Of a DNA stretch of 64,000 nucleotides, positions 17,520 through 28,507 are shown in pieces. Source of the stretch: Ignavibacteriota bacterium. GTDB lineage: Bacteria > Bacteroidota > Ignavibacteria > UBA10030 > CAVZMI01. The stretch lies in assembly GCA_963776275.1 (NCBI GenBank), contig CAVZMI010000023.1, positions 384,001 through 448,000 on the forward strand, written 5' to 3'. Under the pieces are notes generated by a model. The model was not told the DNA's origin, made no database searches, and saw nothing but the letters and a program-made list of their open reading frames with translations. Positions within the stretch are counted from its first letter, which is position 1, and every line of letters begins with the position of its first letter. The translations under genes and the position numbers were made by a program.

Positions 17520-20366
17520 TTAATATTCTACACGAATGCCTAAACGAATTTGGCGCGGAATTCCATAGTTCGTAGGATCTGCCTCCCTGGTTGAGAATGC
17601 GGTGGCTGGATCCAGTACAACACCAGTAGGACTCTCACGTGTAACACCCTCCGCCCACTGTTGTCCTGCAAGCGTCGACAACCAGCCCGTCGAGTTCGGC
17701 ATACCTGTTGCACGCCACACTGCAACAACATTCTTCGTATCCAGGAGATTAAGTACTGTTAACGACGCGATAAGATTAAACGGACCAGCTTTGAACGCCC
17801 TGTCGACACGGAGATCAAATCTGAAGTTCCATGGCGTGTAGGCTGAATTAATTTGGCCGATCGGCTGGATTGATGTCGTTCCAAACCATGGGTTGTACAC
17901 GACAGAAGGTGTATACGGAACGCCGCTGTTAAATGCAAAGAGCAGGTTCACACCAAATTGTTCCAGCGGGTAGATATCGCCGATCTTCGGACCTTCTTCG
18001 GTTCCAAGACGGTAATCAAGATTGATGGAACCGCTATGCCGACGATCGAAATCGAGCGCAGAAATAATTTTCGGGCTTTGAGTCTGAATCCAGGTTATAC
18101 GACCCTGTGTATCCGGATTGGAACCTGTTCCGTCTGCAAATCCGAGAGTATAGTTCACTGTAGCAGCAATATGATTCGTTCGTCGCAATTCGAAAATAAT
18201 ATCGAATCCTTTAACATTTCCGAAATCGACATTCTCATACGGCTGATAACTATTGGGGTATGCCGGATCAGTGGCTGTCCCAACATTACGCACCTGAATA
18301 AGATCCTTTATCTCCTTATAAAATCCCGTAATGGAGAGCGCGGCATTATCCGACAGCATCTGTTTGAATCCGATTTCGTACGAAATAGTTCGTTCAGGTT
18401 TCAAATCGGGATTCGCAATAGTCCCTGAGTATGGTGCATCGACGATCATACGGTCTGCATATGTCTTGCTGGCGAGAACATCCCACAACTCCGGCATCTG
18501 AAGAAATGTGCCGTATTGTGCATGGAACACAGATTTATCGGTAACCGGGAAAGAAAAACCAAGTCGCGGACTTATTATTGTTGTGGGTGTTGATTTTGTC
18601 AAATCGTCCGGTGTAAACACACCGGCACCCGGTGTACCTCGCGCTCCGAAAGGATTAACAGGATCCTTAAACACTTGTTCTTTCGCATCAAAACGATCGA
18701 GACGAAAACCGATATTCAGAATAAGGTCGGATAATTCAACCTTGTCCTGAATATATGCTGCAAAGTAATTCGGTTTTTTCGCTGCTTCGCTATGACTTGA
18801 ACTGAAGAAAGCATCTCCTCCATTATACCAGTTACCGGCATAATCGTAGCCAAAATACTGGACGTTACAATTGCGGTATCCATCCCATCCCGCATCTGCG
18901 CCAGTCCTCGGTATTGCTAAATCGACTGGATTAATTGTATACCAACGAATCTTGTATAATCGGTATTCGAGTCCAGCTTTCAGAAGATGATTTCCTGTCT
19001 GAAGATTAGCATTACCCGTAAACGTCCATACTCTTGAATCTGATTTTGTAAATCGATCAAGAACTCGTCCAGGAGGAGCAAGGACATTATACACATAGGG
19101 GGGTTGTACCCCGTCCTGTACAAATGAAGGATTCTTCGATTTCAGTCCGTAAGAGAGCAAGTCATCGAACCAGACACCGTCACCCTGTTTTACAGATTCA
19201 TCAAAATATCCTGCCTGAACGTCATAGTAAAAGTTAGAACCGACGTTTTGCGTAGCACGGATGAATCCGGTATACGTTCCATTGTCAAATTTTTGTTGAT
19301 GGTTGCTATTGAAATCATAATAATCGACCTGTCCATTATTAGCAAAAGTTCCAACATTCCCTTTTCGCAGGTAGGCTGTACCGCCGAATTTCAGTTCCAA
19401 ATCCGTGATCGGTCTCACATAAAATTTTCCGGCGAAATCCCAGGAATGTGTCGAGTTATTCGGCTTTACACCTCCGATAGCCCGCGGATCATTATCGGTC
19501 ATAATAATGCGTTGAATCGACAGACTGAAATTGGCGGTGTTGTCATCGGGAACAACCGGGCCGTTTAAAACAACATTCGCATCATAGTAGCCGTATCCGC
19601 CCCTTTTTCCCCATGTCGGTTTCATGAATCCATCGGTGACAAATTCACCGATCGCGTGATATTGAGAACCACCTTGTTTGGTCACCACGGCAACCACTCC
19701 CGACATTGCAGAGCCATACTCGGCATTAAAACCGCCGGTCTGGATCTGTAGTTCCTCGACGTTGTTTTGATTCACGTTTGCAAAGGCGGCACTTGGAGTC
19801 CCATAGAGCGGATTTGTGACCGAAACACCATCGATCATATAATTGACCTCGGTCGAGCGGCCGCCACGCACGAACAGGTTGTTCGATCCTTCGTTTTGAA
19901 CAATCGAAGCTTGAAGGCCTGCAACGTTGGTCACACCACGAACAGGAAGAAGATTTATTTCTTCGGATGATTTATTGACCAGTGTATTCGTCTGGTCTTT
20001 AACAAGTAAGGGACGCCCGGCTACTATCTCAACAGCCTGCAATTGCACACTCGTTGGAGCGAGCGCAAAATTTATTTCTGTTGTAAGATCGATATTTACT
20101 CGAACGTTTGAAACAATGTTAGTTTGATAACCAACATATGACGCTCGAAGAGTGTACGTTCCAGCCGGGACATTAAGTATGAAATATTCACCACTGATCT
20201 GCGTCGCAGTACCCATTGTTGTGCCATCGATGATGATCGTGGCACCTACTAGGGGTTCGTTCGTTTCTTTATCAACGACCTTCCCTCGTATTTTTCCATC
20301 TGCACCCATTACCATGATGGGAAACACGAGTATCCCCACTAGCACACAGAATAACTTACGGTACAT
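17520..20366 (-). CDS. TonB-dependent receptor with N-terminal carboxypeptidase-regulatory-like domain
   Basis: GKIRGKVVDKETNEPLVGA, VRGGRSTE, GGFNAEYG, SPRLGFSFP, NPDLKPE, PRQIRLGIRVEY; AAGGAGG SD before ATG at 20366. Confidence 0.9.
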   Translation of the reverse strand: MYRKLFCVLVGILVFPIMVMGADGKIRGKVVDKETNEPLVGATIIIDGTTMGTATQISGEYFILNVPAGTYTLRASYVGYQTNIVSNVRVNIDLTTEINFALAPTSVQLQAVEIVAGRPLLVKDQTNTLVNKSSEEINLLPVRGVTNVAGLQASIVQNEGSNNLFVRGGRSTEVNYMIDGVSVTNPLYGTPSAAFANVNQNNVEELQIQTGGFNAEYGSAMSGVVAVVTKQGGSQYHAIGEFVTDGFMKPTWGKRGGYGYYDANVVLNGPVVPDDNTANFSLSIQRIIMTDNDPRAIGGVKPNNSTHSWDFAGKFYVRPITDLELKFGGTAYLRKGNVGTFANNGQVDYYDFNSNHQQKFDNGTYTGFIRATQNVGSNFYYDVQAGYFDESVKQGDGVWFDDLLSYGLKSKNPSFVQDGVQPPYVYNVLAPPGRVLDRFTKSDSRVWTFTGNANLQTGNHLLKAGLEYRLYKIRWYTINPVDLAIPRTGADAGWDGYRNCNVQYFGYDYAGNWYNGGDAFFSSSHSEAAKKPNYFAAYIQDKVELSDLILNIGFRLDRFDAKEQVFKDPVNPFGARGTPGAGVFTPDDLTKSTPTTIISPRLGFSFPVTDKSVFHAQYGTFLQMPELWDVLASKTYADRMIVDAPYSGTIANPDLKPERTISYEIGFKQMLSDNAALSITGFYKEIKDLIQVRNVGTATDPAYPNSYQPYENVDFGNVKGFDIIFELRRTNHIAATVNYTLGFADGTGSNPDTQGRITWIQTQSPKIISALDFDRRHSGSINLDYRLGTEEGPKIGDIYPLEQFGVNLLFAFNSGVPYTPSVVYNPWFGTTSIQPIGQINSAYTPWNFRFDLRVDRAFKAGPFNLIASLTVLNLLDTKNVVAVWRATGMPNSTGWLSTLAGQQWAEGVTRESPTGVVLDPATAFSTREADPTNYGIPRQIRLGIRVEY

Positions 20367-20748
20367 AATGACCTCCTTCTTTAGAGTCAACCATGGGGGA
20401 ACGAATTAAACAAGAAAACTATAACTCCAGGTCACAAATGTTTCATTATTTGAAACATGGTAACGAGGTTCGGGGAATATCACCTCCTTTTGAGTGAAGT
20501 TATTATTGAATTTGAATTAGAAAACAAAAGGTTTGTGAGAATGACATGTTCGAGAGCACCTTGATCATTACAATTGATTTCACTTCTAGGAAACTTCATT
20601 GGATTTGAAATTTCTGGATCTGCACACATTGACTACCACCGTCACGTAGGATATACTCTATTTGAAACGTTGAAGAAGAAGACAGAGACCAAAGATCCAT
20701 AAAGGAAAGAACTTTGTGAAAATGTCTTAGGTCGTTTTAAGTAATCCA

Positions 20749-20777
20749 AGTATAACACTAAGAAAATACATTGTCAA
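20749..20777 (-). promoter_or_regulatory. Strong sigma70-type promoter for TBDR-T9SS cargo-PorV operon
   Basis: TTGACA-N17-TATACT with extended -10 TG and A-rich upstream tract. Confidence 0.7.
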
Positions 20778-20995
20778 GCCCTTTTTTTTTACCTTTTATT
20801 AACGATTACGGCCTTTTTTACATCAACATATCGTTTGAAAATCTCCTTAAATTATTAAGGTCCCATAAAGATGAAAACCTTCGAAAATTCATCGGGAGGC
20901 GCGAAAAAAACTATTCTATTCCATGTTTTTGAAAAAAAGCGAGATTGTTCTGTGGGTTCAGTTCCGCCCCGATAAGTAGGGAAAAGAAGAGTAAA

Positions 20996-21586
20996 TTATG
21001 ATTGAAGTCTGGAAGAAATGATTTTCATGACATCGACCTTCCCATCGCCTGTAAATGATGAGAACGGAACGACATGCTGACATGAAGAATATGCCGAAAA
21101 GACCTCTTCCGCGTTCTTGACAAAATTGGCTACCTTACTCCGGGCAAGTTTATCGGCCTTTGTTAAAATTACCACGAAAGGAATTTTATAGAAATCGAGC
21201 CAACCGACTAGCGCCTTGTCAAGTTCCGTAGGTTCATGACGAGCGTCCATTAGATGGAAAGCAAGCTTGATCTGTTTACGGGTTTGGAGATATTGTTCGA
21301 TAAATTTCCCCCAGCTGGCACGGAGCTGTTCCGGAGCTTTTGCATATCCGAAGCCGGGGAGGTCGACGAAATACAACGAATCATTTATGAGATAGTAATT
21401 AAGCTCGCGCGTCTTGCCGGGTGTGCCGCTAGATCGCGCAAGATTCTTCTTGTTCGTGAGAGCGTTAATAAGCGATGATTTTCCAACATTTGATCGTCCG
21501 AGAAAAACAAATTCCGGAAGATTCGTCACCGGAAGATGATTCAGACTCGTCACCCCCACAACAAATTCTGCAGATGTGATTTTCAT
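20996..21586 (-). CDS. engB: Ribosome biogenesis GTPase YihA/YsxC
   Basis: GRSNVGKSS, TPGKT, DLPGFGY, TKADK; start taken at MKITSAEF. Confidence 0.95.
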   Translation of the reverse strand: MKITSAEFVVGVTSLNHLPVTNLPEFVFLGRSNVGKSSLINALTNKKNLARSSGTPGKTRELNYYLINDSLYFVDLPGFGYAKAPEQLRASWGKFIEQYLQTRKQIKLAFHLMDARHEPTELDKALVGWLDFYKIPFVVILTKADKLARSKVANFVKNAEEVFSAYSSCQHVVPFSSFTGDGKVDVMKIISSRLQS

Positions 21587-21620
21587 TTTCGTATCCAGTT
21601 CGAAAATGAATTGTCGTTCA

Positions 21621-22154
21621 CTAGGTATTTCTCTCTTCTCTCGCCCACGGTTCACGTACTGCCGGTATTGCCGGTGCCGTTTTCACAGGTGTTGCTGCCG
21701 GCGGCGAGCTCTTTTTAGATTTCTTTCGCGATCGTTTTGCTTTCGCACTTCCCGTTGAATCGGCAAGATTGAAATCAACCAGCTCAATGACAGCAACCTG
21801 TGCACCATCACCCTGACGTTGACCCAGTTTCACAATCCGTGTATATCCGCCCGGACGAGTTGCGACTTTCGGAGCAATTTCCTCAAAAAGCGATTTCACC
21901 ACAGCACGATCTTTTACGGTTCGGGCAACCTCGCGGCGTGCATGAATATTCTTCGCCTTTCCATCTCCTTCGGCACCGAGAGCATGCTTTGCCCGTGTTA
22001 TGATTGCCTCGACCTGCCTTTGAGTCTCTTTTGCCTTCGCAAGCGTCGTCTGTATCTTTTTATGTCTCAATAAAGATGTTGAAAGAGAATTTAAAAGAGC
22101 TTTACGATGGCTTGCCGTCCGTTTCAGCTTTCGCCCAGTTTTTCTGTGTCGCAT
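21621..22154 (-). CDS. rplQ: 50S ribosomal protein L17 with C-terminal extension
   Basis: MRHRKTGRKLKRTASHRKA, RPGGYTRIVK. Confidence 0.97.
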   Translation of the reverse strand: MRHRKTGRKLKRTASHRKALLNSLSTSLLRHKKIQTTLAKAKETQRQVEAIITRAKHALGAEGDGKAKNIHARREVARTVKDRAVVKSLFEEIAPKVATRPGGYTRIVKLGQRQGDGAQVAVIELVDFNLADSTGSAKAKRSRKKSKKSSPPAATPVKTAPAIPAVREPWAREERNT

Positions 22155-22202
22155 TTACTGATTTCCTCTATTTAAAAATTGTAAAAAAATCTAAACTTTT
22201 AA

Positions 22203-23201
22203 TTATTCACCCTCGGGTAAATATTTCTCAACCGGCATACCGAATGTCAATCCATACTCTTCAATGATAGCCGATAGTTCTGCAAGCGATTTTCGGCCGA
22301 AGTTACGGAATTTGAGCAGTTCCGATTCTTCCCGTCGTACGAGATCGGCAATAGTCCGGATATTCGCTGCACGGAGGCAGTTATGAGACCGAACCGAGAG
22401 TTCAAGTTCATCGACCGGTGTTTTCAAGATTTTCCTGATACGCGCCGTTTCTTCATCCTGAACTCCTTCTTCTTTCTCGGTCTCAGGTTCGATATCGAAG
22501 TTGATGAAAAGCTGGATGTGATCACGAAGAATCTTTCCGGCGTACGTCAGTGCATCGTCGGGGGTAATCGATCCATCGGTCTGAATTTCCAACATCAATT
22601 TTTCATAATCCGTCGTACCACCCACACGAGTGGGTTCAATTATGTACCGGACATTTTTTATCGGCGTATAGATTGCATCGATCGGGATCACTCCGACAGG
22701 ATCGTCGACGACCTTGTTCTCTTCAGACGGCACATAACCGACGCCACGGCCGATCCGCAGTTCCAGTTCGAAATCAGCCTCTTTATTAAAACTTGCTATA
22801 TAGTGATCCGGATTGAGAATTTCGAAATCAGTAGTCACCACCTGGAGTTCACCCGCTGTCAGCACGCGGGGTCCCTTGATTTGGAGCACAACCCGGTTAG
22901 CTTTCTTGTTGATAAGTTTTAAACGGACTTCTTTCAGGTTCAACACCATTTCGGTTACATCCTCTTTCATTCCCTTGATTGTCGAGAATTCGTGCAGGAC
23001 CTGCTCGTTTGTTGATGTTACCTTGAAGGCTGTGATTGCTGCGCCGGGGAGCGACGAAAGTAGTACGCGGCGGAATGCGTTCCCGATCGTAACACCAAAA
23101 CCTTTTTCCAGCGGCTGTACAATGAACCGTCCGAATGAATTCGTGTACGTCGCCTCATCCAGTTGGATGGCTTCGGGCATTTGCATAGTTGTAACGCTCA
23201 T
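22203..23201 (-). CDS. rpoA: RNA polymerase alpha subunit
   Basis: PLEKGFGVTIGNAFRRVLLSS, LELSVRSHNCL, RNFGRKSL. Confidence 0.98.
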   Translation of the reverse strand: MSVTTMQMPEAIQLDEATYTNSFGRFIVQPLEKGFGVTIGNAFRRVLLSSLPGAAITAFKVTSTNEQVLHEFSTIKGMKEDVTEMVLNLKEVRLKLINKKANRVVLQIKGPRVLTAGELQVVTTDFEILNPDHYIASFNKEADFELELRIGRGVGYVPSEENKVVDDPVGVIPIDAIYTPIKNVRYIIEPTRVGGTTDYEKLMLEIQTDGSITPDDALTYAGKILRDHIQLFINFDIEPETEKEEGVQDEETARIRKILKTPVDELELSVRSHNCLRAANIRTIADLVRREESELLKFRNFGRKSLAELSAIIEEYGLTFGMPVEKYLPEGE

Positions 23202-23266
23202 AGGAACCAACCTCGTAAAAATCTCTCCGCTGAGACCGGAGAGAAGTGATTGAAAAAAACCATGGA

Positions 23267-23894
23267 TTACTTGGAATACAACTCGACGATCAATTGTTCA
23301 TTTGCATTTAGCGGGATATCTGCGCGTTCCGGAATGTTAAGGAACGTCCCGCTGAGATTCGCCTTATCAAGACTCAACCATGGATACAATCCATCTTTCA
23401 TTCTTTTTACCGACGAATGGATTACTTCAAGCTTTCGACTCTTTTGACGGACAGCCACAATATCGCCTGCTCTCACCAGATATGCCGGGATATCAACCGC
23501 ATGACCATTTACTGTAAAATGTCTGTGGAGCACAAGTTGACGTGCAGCCTTCCGTGAAGGGGCGAATCCCATCCTGAACACAACGTTGTCAAGCCGCCGT
23601 TCGAGCAGTTTGACAAGTGTTTCACCCGTTCGTCCGGTTTGTTTCAGCGCCTGTTTAAAATAATTGCGGAATTGTGTCTCGAGGATTCCGTAGATACGGC
23701 GGACCTTCTGCTTCTCACGAAGTTGAATTCCATATTCCGAAACCTTGGTCCGTACGAACCTGTCCATGCTGGCCGGGAGGATACGCCCGTTTCTCAACCG
23801 GACATTTTTCCGTGAAACATTTCGTCCCTTTCAGGAACAACTTTTGATGCTCGCGTCGACATAATCTGCAATTGGCGTCAATATATCTTGCCAT
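23267..23894 (-). CDS. rpsD: 30S ribosomal protein S4 (zinc-motif form); one extra base near 23753
   Basis: Manual translation [30 protein letters not shown] joins [30 protein letters not shown]. Confidence 0.95.
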
Positions 23895-23947
23895 TAGGCT
23901 CTATCTCCAAAAAGTTTATTAGTATACTCACTTAAACAACTTCACGC

Positions 23948-24340
23948 TTACACGCGGCGTCGTTTTGGTGGACGGCAGCCGTTATGTGGAATGGGCGTGA
24001 TATCGCGTATGCTGGTCACTTCGAGCCCCGCTGTCTGGAGTGCACGGATGGCCGCTTCCCGTCCTGACCCGGGTCCTTTGACCAGTACGTCGACCTTGCG
24101 TAATCCGAGATCGTACGCTTCTTTCGCCGCTGCCTCGGCCGAAATCTGTGCGGCAAACGGAGTATTTTTTCGTGATCCTTTGAATCCGTTCTTGCCGGCC
24201 GAAGACCAGGCAATCGTGTTTCCGTAAATATCCGTCAACGTCACAATCACATTGTTGAATGTCGCTTTCACAAATGCATGACCGTGAGCTTCGACGTTTA
24301 CTTTCTTTTTCTTGCGCGTTGGTGCTGTTGTTTTCGCCAC
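23948..24340 (-). CDS. rpsK: 30S ribosomal protein S11
   Basis: [30 protein letters not shown]. Confidence 0.98.
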   Translation of the reverse strand: MAKTTAPTRKKKKVNVEAHGHAFVKATFNNVIVTLTDIYGNTIAWSSAGKNGFKGSRKNTPFAAQISAEAAAKEAYDLGLRKVDVLVKGPGSGREAAIRALQTAGLEVTSIRDITPIPHNGCRPPKRRRV

Positions 24341-24363
24341 GCTTGATCCCTCCTAGGATTGAC

Positions 24364-24747
24364 TTACTTCTTCGCCATGACCTTCTTCTTACCGGCAACG
24401 GTTTTCCGTTTCCCTTTCCGTGTCCGTGCATTCGTGCGAGTGCGTTGACCGCGCACAGGAAGCCCTTTACGATGACGAAGACCACGATAGCATCCAATAT
24501 CCATCAGTCGTTTGATATTCATCTGGACTTCGCTTCGTGCGGCTCCTTCGACTTTGAAATCAGTGGTAACAATGGAACGAATCTTTGAGATTTCATCGTC
24601 ATTTAACTCACCGACCTTTTTATTCCGATCTATACCTGCTTTATCCAGAATCTGTTGCGCCGTCGTACGGCCAATACCATAGATATAGGTCAAACCGATT
24701 TCGGCGTGTTTCTGTTTCGGCAAATCAACTCCGGCGATACGAGCCAA
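24364..24747 (-). CDS. rpsM: 30S ribosomal protein S13
   Basis: [27 protein letters not shown]. Confidence 0.98.
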   Translation of the reverse strand: MARIAGVDLPKQKHAEIGLTYIYGIGRTTAQQILDKAGIDRNKKVGELNDDEISKIRSIVTTDFKVEGAARSEVQMNIKRLMDIGCYRGLRHRKGLPVRGQRTRTNARTRKGKRKTVAGKKKVMAKK

Positions 24748-24758
24748 TGTTTCTCTCC

Positions 24759-24872
24759 TTATCCTTGACGCTGTTTATGCTTGGGATTTTTACAGATCAC
24801 GCGGACTGTGCCTTTCCTGCGTATGATCTTGCAATTATCGCACAATTTTTTCACTGATGATCTGACTTTCAT
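24759..24872 (-). CDS. rpmJ: 50S ribosomal protein L36
   Basis: Manual translation [37 protein letters not shown]. Confidence 0.97.
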   Translation of the reverse strand: MKVRSSVKKLCDNCKIIRRKGTVRVICKNPKHKQRQG

Positions 24873-24909
24873 ACATGCTCCTAGATCTCCGCCTGCAGCG
24901 AAGAAGAAT

Positions 24910-25128
24910 TTATTTATACCGGTACGTAATCCGTCCTTTTGTTAAATCATATGGCGACAGTTCCACTGTGACTTTATCTCCCACAAGGATTTTAATAAAG
25001 TTCATGCGCATTTTCCCGGAGATATGTGCCAGGATTTCGTGGCCGTTCTCCAGCTTCACTTTGAACATCGCGTTAGGAAGTGTCTCCGAAATCACGCCAT
25101 CAACCTTAATCGGACCCTGTTTGGCCAT
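24910..25128 (-). CDS. infA: Translation initiation factor IF-1
   Basis: [28 protein letters not shown]. Confidence 0.98.
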   Translation of the reverse strand: MAKQGPIKVDGVISETLPNAMFKVKLENGHEILAHISGKMRMNFIKILVGDKVTVELSPYDLTKGRITYRYK

Positions 25129-25135
25129 AGCTTTT

Positions 25136-25903
25136 TTAGAGTGCTGTGCGTGTAAGGATTTCTGCCGCACCTTTTCGAACTACCACTGTATGTTCGAAAT
25201 GCGCCGATGGTTTTCGATCCCGCGTCACGACCGTCCATCCATCACTTGCAACGTCCACCGGATATTTTCCATAGTTGACCATCGGTTCTATAGCGATAGT
25301 CAACCTTTCTGTCAGGCGAATTCCTGTTCCGGCCTTACCGAAATTTGGAACTGCCGGTTCTTCGTGGAGACTTCTTCCGATCCCGTGTCCCACCAGTTCA
25401 CGGACGACCGAAAAACCCTCTTGCTCCACATGAGTTTGAATTGAGTATGATACGTCGCCTAGAAAATTTCCCTCAACCGCTTGTGCAATCCCTTTATACA
25501 GTGACTCTTCCGTCACCCGTAAGAGCCGTGCTTTTTCTTCTGTAATCTGTCCGACAGCAAATGTCCACGCAGCATCACCATAAAACTTGTTCTTCAGCAC
25601 TCCGACATCAATCGATACTATCTCACCATCATTCAATACACGCTTGCCCGGAATCCCGTGAACAACTTCTTCATCAATTGAAACACATATCGTTGCCGGA
25701 AACGGCGTCGATCCATTCGGCGAATATCCTTTAAATGCCGGTTCGCCGCCGCACGATCGGATATAATCTTCAACAATTGCATCGAGCTTTGCTGTCGTCA
25801 CTCCGGGTTTGACATATGAACCTATGAGATTGAGCACCTCTGCCACAATTCGGCAGCTCTCCCGCATCAATCCAATCTCTTCTTCCGTCTTAATCGCGAC
25901 CAT
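25136..25903 (-). CDS. map: Methionine aminopeptidase type I
   Basis: VVHGIP, IVSIDVG, GHGIG..LHEEP, IEPM, SAHFEHT. Confidence 0.97.
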   Translation of the reverse strand: MVAIKTEEEIGLMRESCRIVAEVLNLIGSYVKPGVTTAKLDAIVEDYIRSCGGEPAFKGYSPNGSTPFPATICVSIDEEVVHGIPGKRVLNDGEIVSIDVGVLKNKFYGDAAWTFAVGQITEEKARLLRVTEESLYKGIAQAVEGNFLGDVSYSIQTHVEQEGFSVVRELVGHGIGRSLHEEPAVPNFGKAGTGIRLTERLTIAIEPMVNYGKYPVDVASDGWTVVTRDRKPSAHFEHTVVVRKGAAEILTRTAL

Positions 25904-25919
25904 TAAAGTATTACTATTG

Positions 25920-27254
25920 TCAACGGCCAATACGCCCTTTTATCTTCCCGCTCTTCATAAACCCATCGTAGTGACGCATTAAAAGATGCGATTCCATCTG
26001 TTGCAATGTATCGAGCGCAACGCCTACAACGATGAGCAAACTTGTCCCGCCAAAGAATTGTGACATCTCACCCGAAATGCCGAAGCGTGAGGCAAATGCC
26101 GGAAATATGGCAATGATCGCCAGAAAAATTGAACCGGGCAATGTTATCTTTGTCAGGATATTATCAATAAAATCAGATGTATGCTTACCCGGCCGGATAC
26201 CCGGAATAAAACCACCCTGTTTCTGCATATTGTCGGCGACATCTTTCGGATTGAACGCAATTGCAGTATAGAAATAGGTGAACAAGATGATCATAATTCC
26301 ATATATCACCGAGTATATTGCCGATGTATAATGGAAATATTCCGAAATGCCTTGCATGAATTCGCTTTCGGGAAAGAACGTCAAAATGGTCTGTGGAATG
26401 AACATGATTGCTTGAGCGAAAATAATCGGCATGACGCCTGCGGTATTTACACGCATCGGGATGTATTGCGTCACTCCGCCGTACACTTTCCTGCCGACTA
26501 CCCGTTTCGCATACTGCACCGGAATCCTGCGTGTTCCCTGCGTAACCATCACAACACCGGCAATAACAAACACGAGAATAATTATAACAACAATTTCTAC
26601 GATCAGACTCCGTGTACCGGAAGTTACAAGCTGGTACTCATGTAATACCGCAATAGGGAATCGCGCAATAATACCTATAAAAATAATTAGAGAAATACCG
26701 TTCCCGATACCTCGTTCTGTGATCTGTTCACCAAGCCACATCATAAACATAGTACCCGCTGTTAGAACAATCATCGTCGATAACATAAATCCTGCACCCT
26801 GAACCGGGACGAACGGAAATCCCTGAAAAGCTTGACTTTGCAACTGGACGCTCATTCCAAAGGCCTGGAGCATTGAAATGATTACTGTCCCGTACCGTGT
26901 GTATTGCGTAATCTTCTTTCTTCCTTCTTCCCCTTCCTTCGTCAATCTCTGAAAATAAGGGAATACAGCACCAAGCATCTGGATGACGATTGAAGCGCTG
27001 ATATACGGCATAACGCCGAGGGCGAAAACCGCCGCATGACTGAACGCACCTCCAACGAAGAGGTCATATAAACCAAAGAGCGTATTGCTGCTCGCCTGTC
27101 GTGCAGCCTGAGCTATCAATGCGGCATCGACACCCGGTATCGTGATGTGTGCGCCGATACGGACGACAATTAGAACAGCCGCAGTATAGATAATCCGCTG
27201 GCGAAGTTCCGTTATTTTGAATACGTTGCGAAAACTCTCGTTCAGTGTACTCAT
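25920..27254 (-). CDS. secY: Preprotein translocase subunit SecY
   Basis: LGVMPYISASI, WLGEQITERGIGNG, GVMPIIFA, IPGIRPG, GGTSLLIVVGV. Confidence 0.98.
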   Translation of the reverse strand: MSTLNESFRNVFKITELRQRIIYTAAVLIVVRIGAHITIPGVDAALIAQAARQASSNTLFGLYDLFVGGAFSHAAVFALGVMPYISASIVIQMLGAVFPYFQRLTKEGEEGRKKITQYTRYGTVIISMLQAFGMSVQLQSQAFQGFPFVPVQGAGFMLSTMIVLTAGTMFMMWLGEQITERGIGNGISLIIFIGIIARFPIAVLHEYQLVTSGTRSLIVEIVVIIILVFVIAGVVMVTQGTRRIPVQYAKRVVGRKVYGGVTQYIPMRVNTAGVMPIIFAQAIMFIPQTILTFFPESEFMQGISEYFHYTSAIYSVIYGIMIILFTYFYTAIAFNPKDVADNMQKQGGFIPGIRPGKHTSDFIDNILTKITLPGSIFLAIIAIFPAFASRFGISGEMSQFFGGTSLLIVVGVALDTLQQMESHLLMRHYDGFMKSGKIKGRIGR

Positions 27255-27745
27255 GCGTTCTTCGTCTGTGAGGGAACAGCGTTAGTTATATGGACTTTTC
27301 CTCCCACCGCCTCAATCTTTTGCACCGCTGATTTGCTGAAAGCATGTGCCGTGACGTCAAGTGAAGCTTTGAGCTCACCTGTGCCAAGGATTTTCACAGG
27401 GACTTTCTTTTTTGAAACCACGCCAAGTTCATAGAGAATCTCCGGCGTGATCTTTCCATCGCTCACTTTTCCATCTGAGGATAATTTCTCAAGGGTCAGG
27501 ATATTAACCCCCTGGTACTCGACGCGAAAGGGACTAACAAAACCGAATTTCGGGATACGCCGTACAAGGGGCATCTGACCGCCTTCGAACCAGGGACGAT
27601 ATCGGTTACCGGAGCGTGCCCCTGCACCTTTGTGTCCACGTGTCGACGTTCCACCGTGACCAGAACCCTGACCGCGTCCGATTCGTTTTCTTGGTCTTCG
27701 GGAACCCTGTGCATAGTGAAGATTTCCAAGTATATTCCGTACCAT
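27251..27745 (-). CDS. rplO: 50S ribosomal protein L15
   Basis: RIGRGQGSG, FEGGQMPL, KILGTG. Confidence 0.97.
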   Translation of the reverse strand: MVRNILGNLHYAQGSRRPRKRIGRGQGSGHGGTSTRGHKGAGARSGNRYRPWFEGGQMPLVRRIPKFGFVSPFRVEYQGVNILTLEKLSSDGKVSDGKITPEILYELGVVSKKKVPVKILGTGELKASLDVTAHAFSKSAVQKIEAVGGKVHITNAVPSQTKNA

Positions 27746-27766
27746 AAAAAATTCAATCCTTCTCGT

Positions 27767-27958
27767 TTATTTCACTTCTTCGACGGTCACCAGGTGTTTT
27801 ACAACTCTTATCATTCCCCGGATTTGCGCCGTATCGGTTTTGATCACCGAATAATTCGGGCGGCCGAGTCCGAGTGCTTTAATAGTCCGTTTTTGTTTTT
27901 CCAGCCGATCAGTAGTACTCTTGGTCTGTGTAATCTTTATTTTCTTTTGTTCGCTCAT
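27767..27958 (-). CDS. rpmD: 50S ribosomal protein L30
   Basis: IKITQTKS, TIKALGL, IRGMI..VKHLV. Confidence 0.96.
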   Translation of the reverse strand: MSEQKKIKITQTKSTTDRLEKQKRTIKALGLGRPNYSVIKTDTAQIRGMIRVVKHLVTVEEVK

Positions 27959-27970
27959 AATTTGGATCCC

Positions 27971-28474
27971 TTACCCGTTGAAAAGTTCGCTCGTGGTTAT
28001 TCCGCGGCGGGCGGCGACTGTTTTTGCGTCTTGAAGCATGAGCAGAGCCTTCATGGTCGCTTTAACCGCATTGTGGGGATTAGAGGATCCCATCGATTTT
28101 GTAAGAACATCCCTGACCCCAGCTGATTCAAGTACTGCACGCACGCCTCCGCCGGCAATTAATCCTGTACCGGGTGAGGCGGGTTTCAGAAGAACCTTTC
28201 CGGCTCCGAATTTTCCCGTCACCGCGTGGGGGATGGTTCCCTTGAGGATGTTTACTTTCACGACATTCTTCTTTGCATCGTCAATCCCTTTGGCGATAGC
28301 GTTGGTTACTTCATTTGCCTTGCCGAGACCGATGCCAACGTGTCCGTTGCCGTCGCCAACAACCACGATCGCATTAAAGCTAAACCGGCGTCCGCCTTTA
28401 ACAACTTTCGCAACGCGATTGACATGGACGAGTTTGTCTTTCAACTCGATTTCACTTGCTTTAATTTTTGACAC
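27971..28474 (-). CDS. rpsE: 30S ribosomal protein S5
   Basis: [28 protein letters not shown]. Confidence 0.98.
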   Translation of the reverse strand: MSKIKASEIELKDKLVHVNRVAKVVKGGRRFSFNAIVVVGDGNGHVGIGLGKANEVTNAIAKGIDDAKKNVVKVNILKGTIPHAVTGKFGAGKVLLKPASPGTGLIAGGGVRAVLESAGVRDVLTKSMGSSNPHNAVKATMKALLMLQDAKTVAARRGITTSELFNG

Positions 28475-28507
28475 GAGAAAACTCCAATATTAGATAACGT
28501 TAAGATC

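Noticed and set aside
20481-20630. ~49-codon ORF (MCADPEISNP...) in the TBDR leader
   Set aside because: No clear SD and no recognisable motif; could be chance
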